64,000 nt of DNA, taken from assembly GCA_963801815.1 (NCBI GenBank), contig CAWDGJ010000006.1, positions 64,001 through 128,000 of the forward strand, written 5' to 3'. Positions 11,113 through 20,865 of the stretch are shown here, one piece after another. The DNA is from an uncultured Verrucomicrobiae bacterium. Its GTDB lineage: Bacteria > Verrucomicrobiota > Verrucomicrobiia > Chthoniobacterales > UBA10450. A program made the position numbers and the translations under genes. The notes below the pieces were generated by a model, which worked only from the letters and a program-made list of their open reading frames with translations, made no database searches and was not told the DNA's origin. Every line of letters starts with the position of its first letter. Position 1 is the stretch's first letter.

Positions 11113-12624
11113 TCAGCCAATTTTCTTTTGCAGCTCATCGACCAGCGCCTTCGCTTCGTCGGTCATCTTGAGCAGTTCGGGCCATTGCCGGTGGTAATTT
11201 TCGCCCGGTAATTTTCGGGTTGCGTCAAAGCCCATGTGGGAACCGATGTTTTGCTCGGTCGGCGCGTGATCGAGCGAATCGCTTGGATTCCTGATAACGC
11301 TTGTGTCCCGAGCGGGATCGGTGTTGGCGCAAAGGCGAAAGAGAACTTCGCTGGTGTTATGGACATCGCAGTCCTCGTCCACCACCACGATGTATTTGCT
11401 GAACATCATTTGCCCCATGCCCCACAAACCGTGCATCACCTTGAACGCTTGATACGGATACTGCTTCCGAATGCTCACGAACACGAGATTGTGAAACACC
11501 CCTTCCGCCGGCAGCGTCATGTCGACCAACTCGGGGAAATTCATTTTGAACACCGGAAGAAAAATCCGTACGCTGGCATCACCCATGTAGAAATCTTCCA
11601 TCGGTGGGATGCCGACGATTGTCGTCGGATAAACGGCCTCTTTGCGATGCGTGATCGCCGTGACGTGAAAAACCGGATAATCCTCGACCGCCGTATAGTA
11701 GCCGGTGTGATCGCCAAACGGTCCTTCGGGCCGCATCTCGCCGGGTTGCACGTACCCTTCCAAAACAAAATCGACGTCCGCCGGAACTTCGAGGTCAACT
11801 GTTTTGCATTTCACCATCTCGATTGATTTGCGCCGCAAAAATCCGGCGAAAAGAATTTCGTCCAGCCCATCCGGCAGCGGCGCGGTGGCCGCGAAGGAGA
11901 GCGCCGGGTCTCCGCCGAGGGTGGCCGCAACCGGCATTCGCTCATTGCGCTGGTAATAAACCTTCCCATGGCGCGCGCCCACTTTGTGGACCTGCCAGTG
12001 CATCGCTGTTGTTCGCTCATCGAAAATCTGCATTCGATAACAACCGACGTTGCGCTCGCCGGTTTCGGGATCGCGAGTGTGCACGTTCGGAAGGGTGATG
12101 AAACGCCCGCCGTCTTTGGGCCAGCACTTCAAAATCGGCATGTCGCGGAGCGACATTGCCGGAGTTGAGAGTTGGTCCGAGCCGGACTGGCGTTTGTTGA
12201 GAGTTGAGCCCTCGAGCATATGGACTATCTCCTGGCAAGCGGCGTCGCGAACGGTTTTCGGTCGCGCGTGCAGGAGGTGAATTCCTTGTTTCAATAGCGC
12301 GAAACCCTCGCGCAGATCGGTCGGCGGTTTGGCTTTGAGGATCAGTTGAACTTCCTGCGCGATTTCGTCGACGCTTTCGCGGCCAAGCGCCATCGCCATC
12401 CGTTTGCGCGACCCCATGGTATTGATCGCGACCGGGAATTTGGAAACTTGTCCGTCGACGACGGGTTGCTCGAAGAGTAATGCCTTTCCGCCCCCAGGCG
12501 ATTTCATCTCGCGGTCGGCCCATTCGCTAATAAGCAAGTCGGTATCGACCGGAACGGAGACGCGCTTCAGCTCGCCGGCTTTGTCGAGTGCGTCGAGAAA
12601 TTCCAGAAATGAGCGGTAGGCCAT
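11113..12624 (-). CDS. UbiD-family decarboxylase (menaquinone futalosine-type MqnL-like)
   Basis: WPKDGGRFIT, NVGCYRMQ, EGPFGDHTGYY, MGFDATRK. Confidence 0.9.
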   Translation of the reverse strand: MAYRSFLEFLDALDKAGELKRVSVPVDTDLLISEWADREMKSPGGGKALLFEQPVVDGQVSKFPVAINTMGSRKRMAMALGRESVDEIAQEVQLILKAKPPTDLREGFALLKQGIHLLHARPKTVRDAACQEIVHMLEGSTLNKRQSGSDQLSTPAMSLRDMPILKCWPKDGGRFITLPNVHTRDPETGERNVGCYRMQIFDERTTAMHWQVHKVGARHGKVYYQRNERMPVAATLGGDPALSFAATAPLPDGLDEILFAGFLRRKSIEMVKCKTVDLEVPADVDFVLEGYVQPGEMRPEGPFGDHTGYYTAVEDYPVFHVTAITHRKEAVYPTTIVGIPPMEDFYMGDASVRIFLPVFKMNFPELVDMTLPAEGVFHNLVFVSIRKQYPYQAFKVMHGLWGMGQMMFSKYIVVVDEDCDVHNTSEVLFRLCANTDPARDTSVIRNPSDSLDHAPTEQNIGSHMGFDATRKLPGENYHRQWPELLKMTDEAKALVDELQKKIG

Positions 12625-12674
12625 CGCTCAAGTTTACACGTGTTCTCGGCTAAAGACGCGCCGAAAAGGAACTC

Positions 12675-13194
12675 TTACCGATTAATGAAATATTGAAACG
12701 ACATTACCCGTCCGTCGGAAAACGTGACCGTCTTGTACGGATAGTAGATCGTCGGCGGAATGTAAGAGTAGTAAAACGGGTCGTAGAAGGGATCGCCAAA
12801 GAACCGGAACCGGCCACCATGATGAAAACGGACAACTCCGACGCCGAATCCACCGTAACCCCACGGGCCCGGGCCGTAGCCGTAGCCATAAGGTTCGTAG
12901 CCGTAGCCGTAGCCGTAGGCGGTGGTGCCGGCGAGATAAATCCAGGTCTCGGTCTGGTGTCCGCGCATTTCGCCGGCCACTTTCTGCTCAGGCGAACCCC
13001 ACGCCAGCCAGACTGCGTTCGTCGACATGCCCGAACGGACCTGTCCCTGACGCACCAATGCTTGATCGCGAGCTGACAGAGAATTGAACATGTCGGGGTT
13101 TTCGGGAAATTCGATTCTCCAGCGTCTCGCAGCTCGTTAGGCAGAGTCCGACAGCAGCCAAACCTAACCACAACGTCTTGGAAATTGTCTTCAT
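12675..13194 (-). CDS. Hypothetical lipoprotein, apparent frameshift near 13100
   Basis: MKTISKTLWLGLAAVGLCLTSC lipobox, continuing into the GMSTNAVWLAWGSP frame. Confidence 0.7.
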
Positions 13195-13279
13195 AAAAAA
13201 GGATACAACCGGCGCACGGTCAGTCAATTGTCCCGGCTTGTTGATTGAACACGGCATCGCCGATAACGTTGCGATTGAA

Positions 13280-14326
13280 ATGGAAGATCGTTACGGCCAT
13301 CGCATCTCCTATCTGCGCGTCTCGATTACGGACCGTTGCAATGAGCGCTGCAACTATTGCATGCCGCGCGAACTTCAGGAATGGTTGCCGCGCGAGGAAA
13401 TTCTCAGCTACGAGGAGACTCTGCGCCTCATTCGGATCGCGGCCGATCTCGGAGTCACCAAAATCCGCGTGACCGGTGGCGAACCTCTGACTCGCCGTGA
13501 CGTTGTCGATTTCATTCGTGAGATTCCAAAGATTCCAAAGATCTCGAGTCTCGGAATCTCCACGAACGGAACTTTGCTTGCGCACAAAGTGGATTGTAGC
13601 CCGCGGCCTGCGGGCGACGCGCGCGCTTCGCGCAGCAAAGCGGCTGCTACGATGGCAGCCGCGCTCCGCGAGGCCGGCGTCCAATCGGTGAACATCTCAC
13701 TCGATACTTTGGATCCGCATCTTTACGCGCAAATCACAGGACGCGATTTTCACTCGCAAGTCTTGGAAGGCATCGATGCTGCGATTACGGCCGGATTCGA
13801 TCAAATTAAACTGAACTCGGTGCTGATGCGTGGGCGAAACGACGATCAGCTTATTCCGCTCATTGAGTTTGCGGCGGAGCGCAATTTGATTCTGCGTTTC
13901 ATCGAGTTGATGCCGGTGAGCACTACCGAGGTCTTGAACGACGAAAATTTTTTGCCAGTTGCCGAGGCCAAACGCGCGATCGAATCGCGTTACGGCCCGT
14001 TGATTCCCGAGCAGTCTTTTCGAACAAATGGTCCCGCGACGTATTACCAAATCCCGGGACGCAATCAGCGCGTCGGATTTATCGGTGCGATGACGAACCT
14101 GCATTTTTGCGAGAGCTGCAACAAACTGCGACTCACCTGCGACGGAAAACTCCGTCCCTGTCTCGGCAGCTACCTCGAGTTCGACATCATGAAGCCACTT
14201 CGTGCTGGCGCGAGTGATGATGAGCTGCGGCAGTTCTTTAGTGACGTTGTCGATCGCAAGCCCGAGCAGCACGATTTTCGCAACAATTATCAGCCGGACC
14301 GCAAGATGATCGCCATCGGCGGATGA
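13280..14326 (+). CDS. moaA: GTP 3',8-cyclase MoaA
   Basis: LRVSITDRCNERCNYCMP radical SAM motif, FCESCNKLRLT, C-terminal IGG. Confidence 0.96.
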   Translation: MEDRYGHRISYLRVSITDRCNERCNYCMPRELQEWLPREEILSYEETLRLIRIAADLGVTKIRVTGGEPLTRRDVVDFIREIPKIPKISSLGISTNGTLLAHKVDCSPRPAGDARASRSKAAATMAAALREAGVQSVNISLDTLDPHLYAQITGRDFHSQVLEGIDAAITAGFDQIKLNSVLMRGRNDDQLIPLIEFAAERNLILRFIELMPVSTTEVLNDENFLPVAEAKRAIESRYGPLIPEQSFRTNGPATYYQIPGRNQRVGFIGAMTNLHFCESCNKLRLTCDGKLRPCLGSYLEFDIMKPLRAGASDDELRQFFSDVVDRKPEQHDFRNNYQPDRKMIAIGG

Positions 14327-14363
14327 AGGAAAGTGACAAGTGGCGGGTGACAAGTGAGAGGCA

Positions 14364-14819
14364 ATGAAGCGACTAACTCATCTCGATGACGAGGGCAGGG
14401 CGCAAATGGTCGATGTATCGGCGAAGCCGATGAGTGCGCGGACTGCCATCGCCAAAGGCAAGATCAGACTTCAACGCAAGACGCTTGATCTGATTTCGAA
14501 AGATCAAATCGCGAAAGGAAATGTGTTTGCAACCGCGCGTCTCGCCGGAATTCAGGCCGCCAAACAAACGGCGAACCTCATTCCGCTTTGTCACACGCTG
14601 CCACTGGGCGACGTGAAGATCGACATCATCGCCGCACGGGACTGCGCTGAGGTGACGTGCACGACGCGGACAATCGCCCAGACCGGCGTCGAGATGGAGG
14701 CGCTAACCGGAGTCTCGCTCGCGTTGCTGACGATTTACGACATGTGCAAAGCCGTCGACAAAAAAATGAAGATCGCCGATGTGCGGCTAATTAAGAAGAC
14801 GAAGACTCGGAATCGCTGA
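14364..14819 (+). CDS. moaC: Cyclic pyranopterin monophosphate synthase MoaC
   Basis: LTHLD..GRAQMVDVS, LIPLCH, TGVEMEALT, YDMCKAVD. Confidence 0.96.
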   Translation: MKRLTHLDDEGRAQMVDVSAKPMSARTAIAKGKIRLQRKTLDLISKDQIAKGNVFATARLAGIQAAKQTANLIPLCHTLPLGDVKIDIIAARDCAEVTCTTRTIAQTGVEMEALTGVSLALLTIYDMCKAVDKKMKIADVRLIKKTKTRNR

Positions 14820-14889
14820 TGAAAATCAAGAACGCAGGAAATTTATGAATCTTTTCCTGTTTTCCTGTGTTCGTTAGGTATTTTTCGAT

Positions 14890-15372
14890 ATGCAGATCGT
14901 TGTTGGAATCATCACGGTTTCAGATCGCGCGAGTGCCGGTGATTATAAAGATCTCGGCGGGCCGGCGCTCAAGGAAGTTGCGCAGAAAAGCGGCTGGCAA
15001 GTTTTATGTGAGGCCGTGATTCCAGACGATGCCACACGAATCCAAGAAACAATCCGCTCGTTTTCAAAACAAGGCTGCGGATTAATTCTGACGACAGGCG
15101 GAACGGGCATTGGCCCACGCGATGTTACTCCGGAAGCGGTTCGCGCGGTCATGCGGGTCGAGCTGCCAGGATTCGGCGAAGTAATGCGCGCGGAATCGAT
15201 GAAAATCACGCCGAACGCGATTCTCTCTCGCAATCTCGCCGCAGTGGTCGACGATTCGCTGGTTATCGCGCTCCCCGGCAAGCCAAGCGGTGCAGTGGAA
15301 TGTCTCGACTTTATCGCCGGTGCAATTCCGCATGGTGTCGCTGTTGCTCAGAAAAAACCAACTTCATGTTAG
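14890..15372 (+). CDS. mog: Molybdopterin adenylyltransferase (Mog/MoaB family)
   Basis: ITVSDRAS, TTGGTGIGPRDVTPEA, LPGKP. Confidence 0.88.
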   Translation: MQIVVGIITVSDRASAGDYKDLGGPALKEVAQKSGWQVLCEAVIPDDATRIQETIRSFSKQGCGLILTTGGTGIGPRDVTPEAVRAVMRVELPGFGEVMRAESMKITPNAILSRNLAAVVDDSLVIALPGKPSGAVECLDFIAGAIPHGVAVAQKKPTSC

Positions 15373-15520
15373 AAATTCGAAAAACTCGAATTTCGAAGTC
15401 CGAAACAATTTCAAAAATCGAAGATTCGAATTGAAGTTGTTCGCCTTTTTGATTTTCCAGATTCGTGCTTGTTTCGAGTTTCGATATTCGACATTCGAAT
15501 TTGAGAATCAATCGCCTCTA

Positions 15521-16552
15521 CTAGTCCGGCCAAATTAGCAGGCGCATCATTTGCGTTCCGAAACCGGTGAGATGCGCGTGACTCGCTGGACCGGTGGCAA
15601 CGCCGTTGGTCAGATGCGAAGCATTTAATGAACTCGGTTTCACGTAAATGACTTCCGGTTGTTTCACTTTCCGATCGCTCGGCTCAATTCGAAGCGGTAA
15701 ACCGCCGCGCGCGAATGAAACCACCCACGAGCGCGGCTCCGCATTGGCATTTCCGTTTACCATCCACGGATAAAGCTTGGGCAATTCGAAATGCCGCGAT
15801 CGGGGAAAGGCGACTTTGTAGAAAACTTCCTCGTGGCTGAAAAACTGCGGAATCGTGAGCGAAGGATTTTCGTGGAGTTGAACGAGGAACTTCTGGATGT
15901 CCAGCCCGGTGAGATTGATTCCGTTGTAAATGCCGTGGTGGTTCGGATCGTTCGTATGGGTGGCGTTGTACCAGCCTTCGAACTTGTGATTCAGGATCAG
16001 GTTCAACTCCAAATGCAAATGCGCGCGCTCACGATTGATTCCGACGCCAGTGTAACCCATCACCGCAATGTGCTGTCCGCGCTGCACACTTTCGCCCGCG
16101 CGGACGTCGATCTTGCTCAGGTGTCCATACAAGCTGTAATAGGGCGAGCCGTCGAACGTGTGTTCGATCACGATGTACTTTCCGTAGTTCGAATAACCGG
16201 CGACCAGGCTCGTGTAGACCACCTTTCCGTCAGCGATGGCACGCACTTCGTCGAGCGGCTCGTTGTTTTCATCACGATGGACCGGCTTGATATCGATGCC
16301 TTCGTGAAAGCGCGTATAAACAACTCCGGAACTGGTCTGCTCCGGATCGCGTACGAATCCATATTGACCGCCCTCCCACGGTGTCGATTTCTCGCCGCCA
16401 TAATCGCGTTCGATGTATTGAAAGAACGCCGCGCCTCCGCCGTCAAAAATCGCGTCGTTGTCGGTTGGCAATGCGATGTCGATAGCGCGGACACTCTCGA
16501 CAACGCCGAAAACTGTGATGATGGCCAGCGCAGCGACGAGTGAGCGCTTCAT
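15521..16552 (-). CDS. M23 family metallopeptidase
   Basis: Signal peptide, HEGID, YGHL, HLHLE. Confidence 0.9.
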   Translation of the reverse strand: MKRSLVAALAIITVFGVVESVRAIDIALPTDNDAIFDGGGAAFFQYIERDYGGEKSTPWEGGQYGFVRDPEQTSSGVVYTRFHEGIDIKPVHRDENNEPLDEVRAIADGKVVYTSLVAGYSNYGKYIVIEHTFDGSPYYSLYGHLSKIDVRAGESVQRGQHIAVMGYTGVGINRERAHLHLELNLILNHKFEGWYNATHTNDPNHHGIYNGINLTGLDIQKFLVQLHENPSLTIPQFFSHEEVFYKVAFPRSRHFELPKLYPWMVNGNANAEPRSWVVSFARGGLPLRIEPSDRKVKQPEVIYVKPSSLNASHLTNGVATGPASHAHLTGFGTQMMRLLIWPD

Positions 16553-16721
16553 CGTTTTCTCTTTTCTCCCATTAGCCGCCAGCTTGGCATTGGTTTTCAC
16601 ATGCACCCGGAAAAACGCAATGTCGATCTTTTCCCGAGACGGAAACGGCGATCAATGCCACAATCAGGCTCGCGAAAATGGATTTCATGACCGATTGATA
16701 CGTTCCGTGTTTAACCCGTCA

Positions 16722-17342
16722 ATGATTCGTCCTGCTATTCTTTTCTATAGTTTGCTATTGGCCGCCGCCCCTCTTCGCGCGCAGCTCGGCTCGTTCGGGA
16801 CCTCGCCAACGCCCACTCCGACACCGGTGCCTGACACGGGATTGTCCTCGCCGGCTCCCGGTGGCTCGCAACCACCGATTACGACGACGACGATAAAGAA
16901 GCGCGGTTTTCTCGGCCGCATGATGCACCCATTTTCATCGTCCGAAGTTTTGCCAAAATATCAGAACCCTAAACTGCGCGGCCTCATTCTGAGTCTACAG
17001 GTCGCGCCGCAGCCTCTCCGGCTTTCCGAGGTTCGACAAATGGAGGTCAGGGTACTTGTAACGAACCGCGGCACCCACGTGGTCACCCTCGATTTTCCAA
17101 CGGATCAACGGATCGAGGTGCAACTGCTGAACTCGGCCGACGTCGTTCTGACGAAATGGTCCGAGAACCACGCGATCAAGGAAACTCCCGCCACTGTCCT
17201 GATCAATCCCGACGAGCATATTGAATATAAGGAAATGATCGCGACTCGTGACCTAACGCCCGGAAAAGTTTTTACGGCTGAAGTTCTTTTTCCAAAGTAT
17301 CCCGAGCTCCGAATCCGGCAGAAGTTCATGACCGAGCCGTGA
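16722..17342 (+). CDS. Secreted protein with BsuPI-like (proteinase inhibitor) domain
   Basis: Signal peptide, PT linker, VTNRG..VTLDFPTDQRIE...WS pattern. Confidence 0.6.
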   Translation: MIRPAILFYSLLLAAAPLRAQLGSFGTSPTPTPTPVPDTGLSSPAPGGSQPPITTTTIKKRGFLGRMMHPFSSSEVLPKYQNPKLRGLILSLQVAPQPLRLSEVRQMEVRVLVTNRGTHVVTLDFPTDQRIEVQLLNSADVVLTKWSENHAIKETPATVLINPDEHIEYKEMIATRDLTPGKVFTAEVLFPKYPELRIRQKFMTEP

Positions 17343-17373
17343 TGCGGGAAGTTGAGAGTTGAGAAGGATCTGA

Positions 17374-18195
17374 ATGTCCAGCTCTCAACCCTCAACTCTC
17401 AACCCTCAACTTTTTAGTGACTACCACAGTCATCCCCAGGGGCATCGAGTTCAGCCGTATTCCCAAAATCTTCTGCAGCCGTGGATCGATAGCGCGCGTG
17501 CAAAAGGCTTGAACGACATCGCGTTCACCGATCACGACCGTTATTATGCCGGCGTCAACTTCGATGAGCTCGATAAACTTCGCGCTGCAAATCCGGACGT
17601 AAAAATTCGCGCGGGAATCGAACTCGACAACGATCCGCAAACCTCAGCCGCGGGCCGAAAGTGGGTCGAGAAGAATTGGGACCAACTCGATTTCGTTCTC
17701 GGCTCCGTCCATTACCTCGACGATCCAAACCAGATGTTCGACAGCGTTCCTGACGGCGCGGAACAGTTTGTCGGCCGGGACATCAACGAAATCTACGAAG
17801 ATTACTTTCGCCGCGTTCGGGAAATCGCCGCGACGGGGCTGGTCGATTGTTTGTCGCACCTCGATCTTATCAAGATCCATGGGCACCGGCCGTGCGGCGA
17901 TGTGCGATCTGTCGTGAACGAGACGCTCGATTTCATTCGGTCACGCAATCTGGCGATCGAACTTTCAACTGCCGGTTGGCGCAAACCGGTCGACGAACTT
18001 TACCCGAGCGACGAAATCATCAAGCTCGCAATCAAAAAGGCAATTCCGTTCACAACCGCGTCCGACGCGCATTCCCACGCGCAGCTTGCCGAAAATTACG
18101 ATCGCCTTGCCGAAAAGATGTCGGCGTTCGGGATTCGCGAGGTTTGCGTTTACGAACACCACAAACGCCAACCGCGTGCTTTGGCTCAGCCGTAA
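17374..18195 (+). CDS. PHP-domain histidinol-phosphatase (HisJ family)
   Basis: DYHSH, FTDH, GIELD, LGSVH, SHLDL, SDAH. Confidence 0.85.
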   Translation: MSSSQPSTLNPQLFSDYHSHPQGHRVQPYSQNLLQPWIDSARAKGLNDIAFTDHDRYYAGVNFDELDKLRAANPDVKIRAGIELDNDPQTSAAGRKWVEKNWDQLDFVLGSVHYLDDPNQMFDSVPDGAEQFVGRDINEIYEDYFRRVREIAATGLVDCLSHLDLIKIHGHRPCGDVRSVVNETLDFIRSRNLAIELSTAGWRKPVDELYPSDEIIKLAIKKAIPFTTASDAHSHAQLAENYDRLAEKMSAFGIREVCVYEHHKRQPRALAQP

Positions 18196-18501
18196 TTACA
18201 GTCCCGGCATTCCCAGGCCGCCGGTGATCTTTTTCATTTCGGATTGAGCGATCTCTTTGCCTTGATCAATCGCTTGCTGCACGCCGCTGAGAACCGCTTC
18301 TTCCAAAAATTCGACATCGTTTGGATCGACGATCTGCTGGTCAATCTTGATCGAAAGGATTTCGCCCGCGCCGTTCGCGGTAACTTTCACTTTTCCGCCG
18401 GCGGCAGTTACTTCCACGGTCTTCTCTTCGAGCTCGGCCTGCGTTTTGGCCATTTGTGCCTGCATCTGCTGCGCCTGTTTCATCAATTTGTTCAAATTCA
18501 T
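18196..18501 (-). CDS. ybaB: YbaB/EbfC nucleoid-associated protein
   Basis: MKQAQQMQ...AAGGKVKVTANG; downstream of dnaX. Confidence 0.93.
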   Translation of the reverse strand: MNLNKLMKQAQQMQAQMAKTQAELEEKTVEVTAAGGKVKVTANGAGEILSIKIDQQIVDPNDVEFLEEAVLSGVQQAIDQGKEIAQSEMKKITGGLGMPGL

Positions 18502-18560
18502 GGGCTTGGCTTAAGTCGTTAAATCGTCCCCGGCGATTGGCTCACCACTCGACACGTTAT

Positions 18561-20240
18561 TCATTTTCTGATTTCTCCCTTAAAAATTTCTAGGGCTTCG
18601 CGGATCAGCGGATTGTCCGCGTAATCCTCGGTTGGTTTTTCTGTGCTCGGCGGCAGATCGTTTTGCACGGTCAACTTCAGCGTCCAGTCTTTGCCGCTTA
18701 CTTCCTGAAGTAACGACTCAATCAGTTTGCGGTTGGTCGCCGTTCCCAGGATGTCCATCGGCGATTTCTGATCCGGCGAAAATCCGAGCACGAAGTAACG
18801 GCCTTCGCTTGGCAGAACATGCGCGACTGCGGCCGAGTTTCGGACGAATGCCTTTGTATTCGGAATCTTCGCGAAGGCGGTCTCCCAGATCTTGTTCAGG
18901 TCGGTTTCGCCGTTAGCGATTTCAGCGACGCGCAGTGTAGAGGCGGCCGGGCCTGCCACGTCGAAGCCAGGCGAAGGCGGGTCGGCCGTTCTTTTTTCCG
19001 ATGCAGACGAGACAGTGTCAGGGCGGCTCGCGTCTGCCTCCACCAAACGATTCTTGGCGTCAGGCGCCGCGCTTAGCGTTTTTTTTTCCGCGGTTGTAGA
19101 TCTTCCGTCGCGCAGTTCGCCGAGCTTCTCGATCACTTCATCGAGTGTCGCTTGACCCAAACTCTGGACTGCTTTGATAATCGCGACCTCAAAATGCAAT
19201 TTCTTATTAGGCGCCCATTTCATCCTGCCTTCCGCCTGCGCGAACTGGTCGATCAACTCCAGCAATCGCTCGTTCTCGATTAAGTCAGCCTGGACCGCGA
19301 GCGCTTTTTGCAATTCAGGATCGGCATCCTCCTTGAGCGCGTCCGGTTTGGCTTTGAACACGAGCAGATCGCGCAAATAAGAAATCAGATCCGACATCAG
19401 CCGCATCATGTCTTTGCCGGCTTCGGATTGTTCGTAAAGCACATCAAGGGCAGCCGCGGTTTCGCCGCGGAAAATTTTTCCAGTCAGATCGACCACGCTC
19501 TGCTCGCTGGTGAACCCGAAAACGTTGAGCACGTCCTGCTCGGAAATTTTCTCGCCACAGAACGCAACAAGCTGATCCAGCATCGACTCCGCATCGCGCA
19601 TTCCGCCTTCCGCGCCGCGGGCGATCGCATGCGCTGCCGCCGGCTCGAGCGTGATTTTTTCTTTCTTGGCGATGAATTGGAGATGGTCCGCAATCAGTTT
19701 CGCCGGAATGCGGTGAAGATCGAAACGCTGACAGCGGCTCACGATGGTTGGCAAAACTTTTTGCGGCTCGGTCGTCGCGAAAATGAATTTCACATGCGGC
19801 GGCGGTTCCTCGAGCGTCTTGAGCAGCGCATTGAACGCCGCCGTGGTCAGCATGTGGACTTCGTCGATGATGTAGATCTTGAAGCGAGATTTCGACGGCG
19901 CGTAGCGGACGTTTTCGCGTAATTCGCGGACCTGTTCGACGCCGTTATTGCTGGCTCCGTCGATTTCCAGGACGTCGAGCGAATTGCCGGCGGCAATCTC
20001 TTTGCAGTTATCACAGGTATTGTCCGGAGTAACGGTCGGCCCTTTCACGCAATTCAATGCTTTTGCCAGAATTCGCGCCGTCGAAGTTTTCCCAATCCCG
20101 CGCGGGCCCACAAAGAGGTAGGCGTGTGCCAGCCGGTTTTGGGTCACCGCATTCTTGAGCGTGCGCGAAACGTGAGCCTGGCCGACGAGATCATCAAACG
20201 TCTGGGGGCGATATTTGCGGGCGAAAACCTGGTAGGTCAC
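18561..20240 (-). CDS. dnaX: DNA polymerase III subunit gamma/tau
   Basis: ARKYRPQTF, GPRGIGKT, EIDGASN, DEVHML, SRCQRF. Confidence 0.97.
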   Translation of the reverse strand: MTYQVFARKYRPQTFDDLVGQAHVSRTLKNAVTQNRLAHAYLFVGPRGIGKTSTARILAKALNCVKGPTVTPDNTCDNCKEIAAGNSLDVLEIDGASNNGVEQVRELRENVRYAPSKSRFKIYIIDEVHMLTTAAFNALLKTLEEPPPHVKFIFATTEPQKVLPTIVSRCQRFDLHRIPAKLIADHLQFIAKKEKITLEPAAAHAIARGAEGGMRDAESMLDQLVAFCGEKISEQDVLNVFGFTSEQSVVDLTGKIFRGETAAALDVLYEQSEAGKDMMRLMSDLISYLRDLLVFKAKPDALKEDADPELQKALAVQADLIENERLLELIDQFAQAEGRMKWAPNKKLHFEVAIIKAVQSLGQATLDEVIEKLGELRDGRSTTAEKKTLSAAPDAKNRLVEADASRPDTVSSASEKRTADPPSPGFDVAGPAASTLRVAEIANGETDLNKIWETAFAKIPNTKAFVRNSAAVAHVLPSEGRYFVLGFSPDQKSPMDILGTATNRKLIESLLQEVSGKDWTLKLTVQNDLPPSTEKPTEDYADNPLIREALEIFKGEIRK

Positions 20241-20355
20241 GTGCTCAATCTAAATGCGTTGATCGGGCTGCGAAAACACAAAATCGAGAATTCAGACAGG
20301 ATTAACAGGATTTGTTTGATTGTAATCCTCTGAATCCCGTAAATCCTGTCTAGTT

Positions 20356-20865
20356 ATGACTTATCGCCTTTTCTGCGGAAGCCTGTTCTTGCTTGCGCTT
20401 GCCGTCGCGCAAGCCCAGGCGCCTCCGCCATCCGAACTAAGAGATCCGTTTCTCGACAATTTCGTCGGTGACTGGCAGGTCGAGCGAAAAATGGGCAATG
20501 GAGAAACCACGCAAACGACGGTGCGCTGCGAATGGGTCCTGAAACATCATTACATCGAGCTCCATTACGGTGCCGGTGAAAGCGATCCGCAATACGAGGC
20601 GATGGTCTTCATTGGTTTTGTCGCCGCAGACAAAACTTATGTCTGCCACTGGCTGGATGTTTATGGCGCGGGTTACGACGCCCCTGGTCGTGGCAAGATC
20701 GACGATAAGCTGCTCGGTATCGAATTTCGCTGGGAATCGAAAGAAGGTGCGCTGACCAACAAGTTCACGTTCGATCCGCAAACGAAAACCTGGAATTCGC
20801 TCATTCGCCAGACCGAAAAGGGCGAGTGGAAAACTTTCGCTGAAGAAAAATGGGCAAAAAAATGA
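20356..20865 (+). CDS. Secreted beta-barrel protein (DUF1579-like)
   Basis: Signal peptide, FVGDWQV...CEWVL pattern. Confidence 0.55.
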   Translation: MTYRLFCGSLFLLALAVAQAQAPPPSELRDPFLDNFVGDWQVERKMGNGETTQTTVRCEWVLKHHYIELHYGAGESDPQYEAMVFIGFVAADKTYVCHWLDVYGAGYDAPGRGKIDDKLLGIEFRWESKEGALTNKFTFDPQTKTWNSLIRQTEKGEWKTFAEEKWAKK

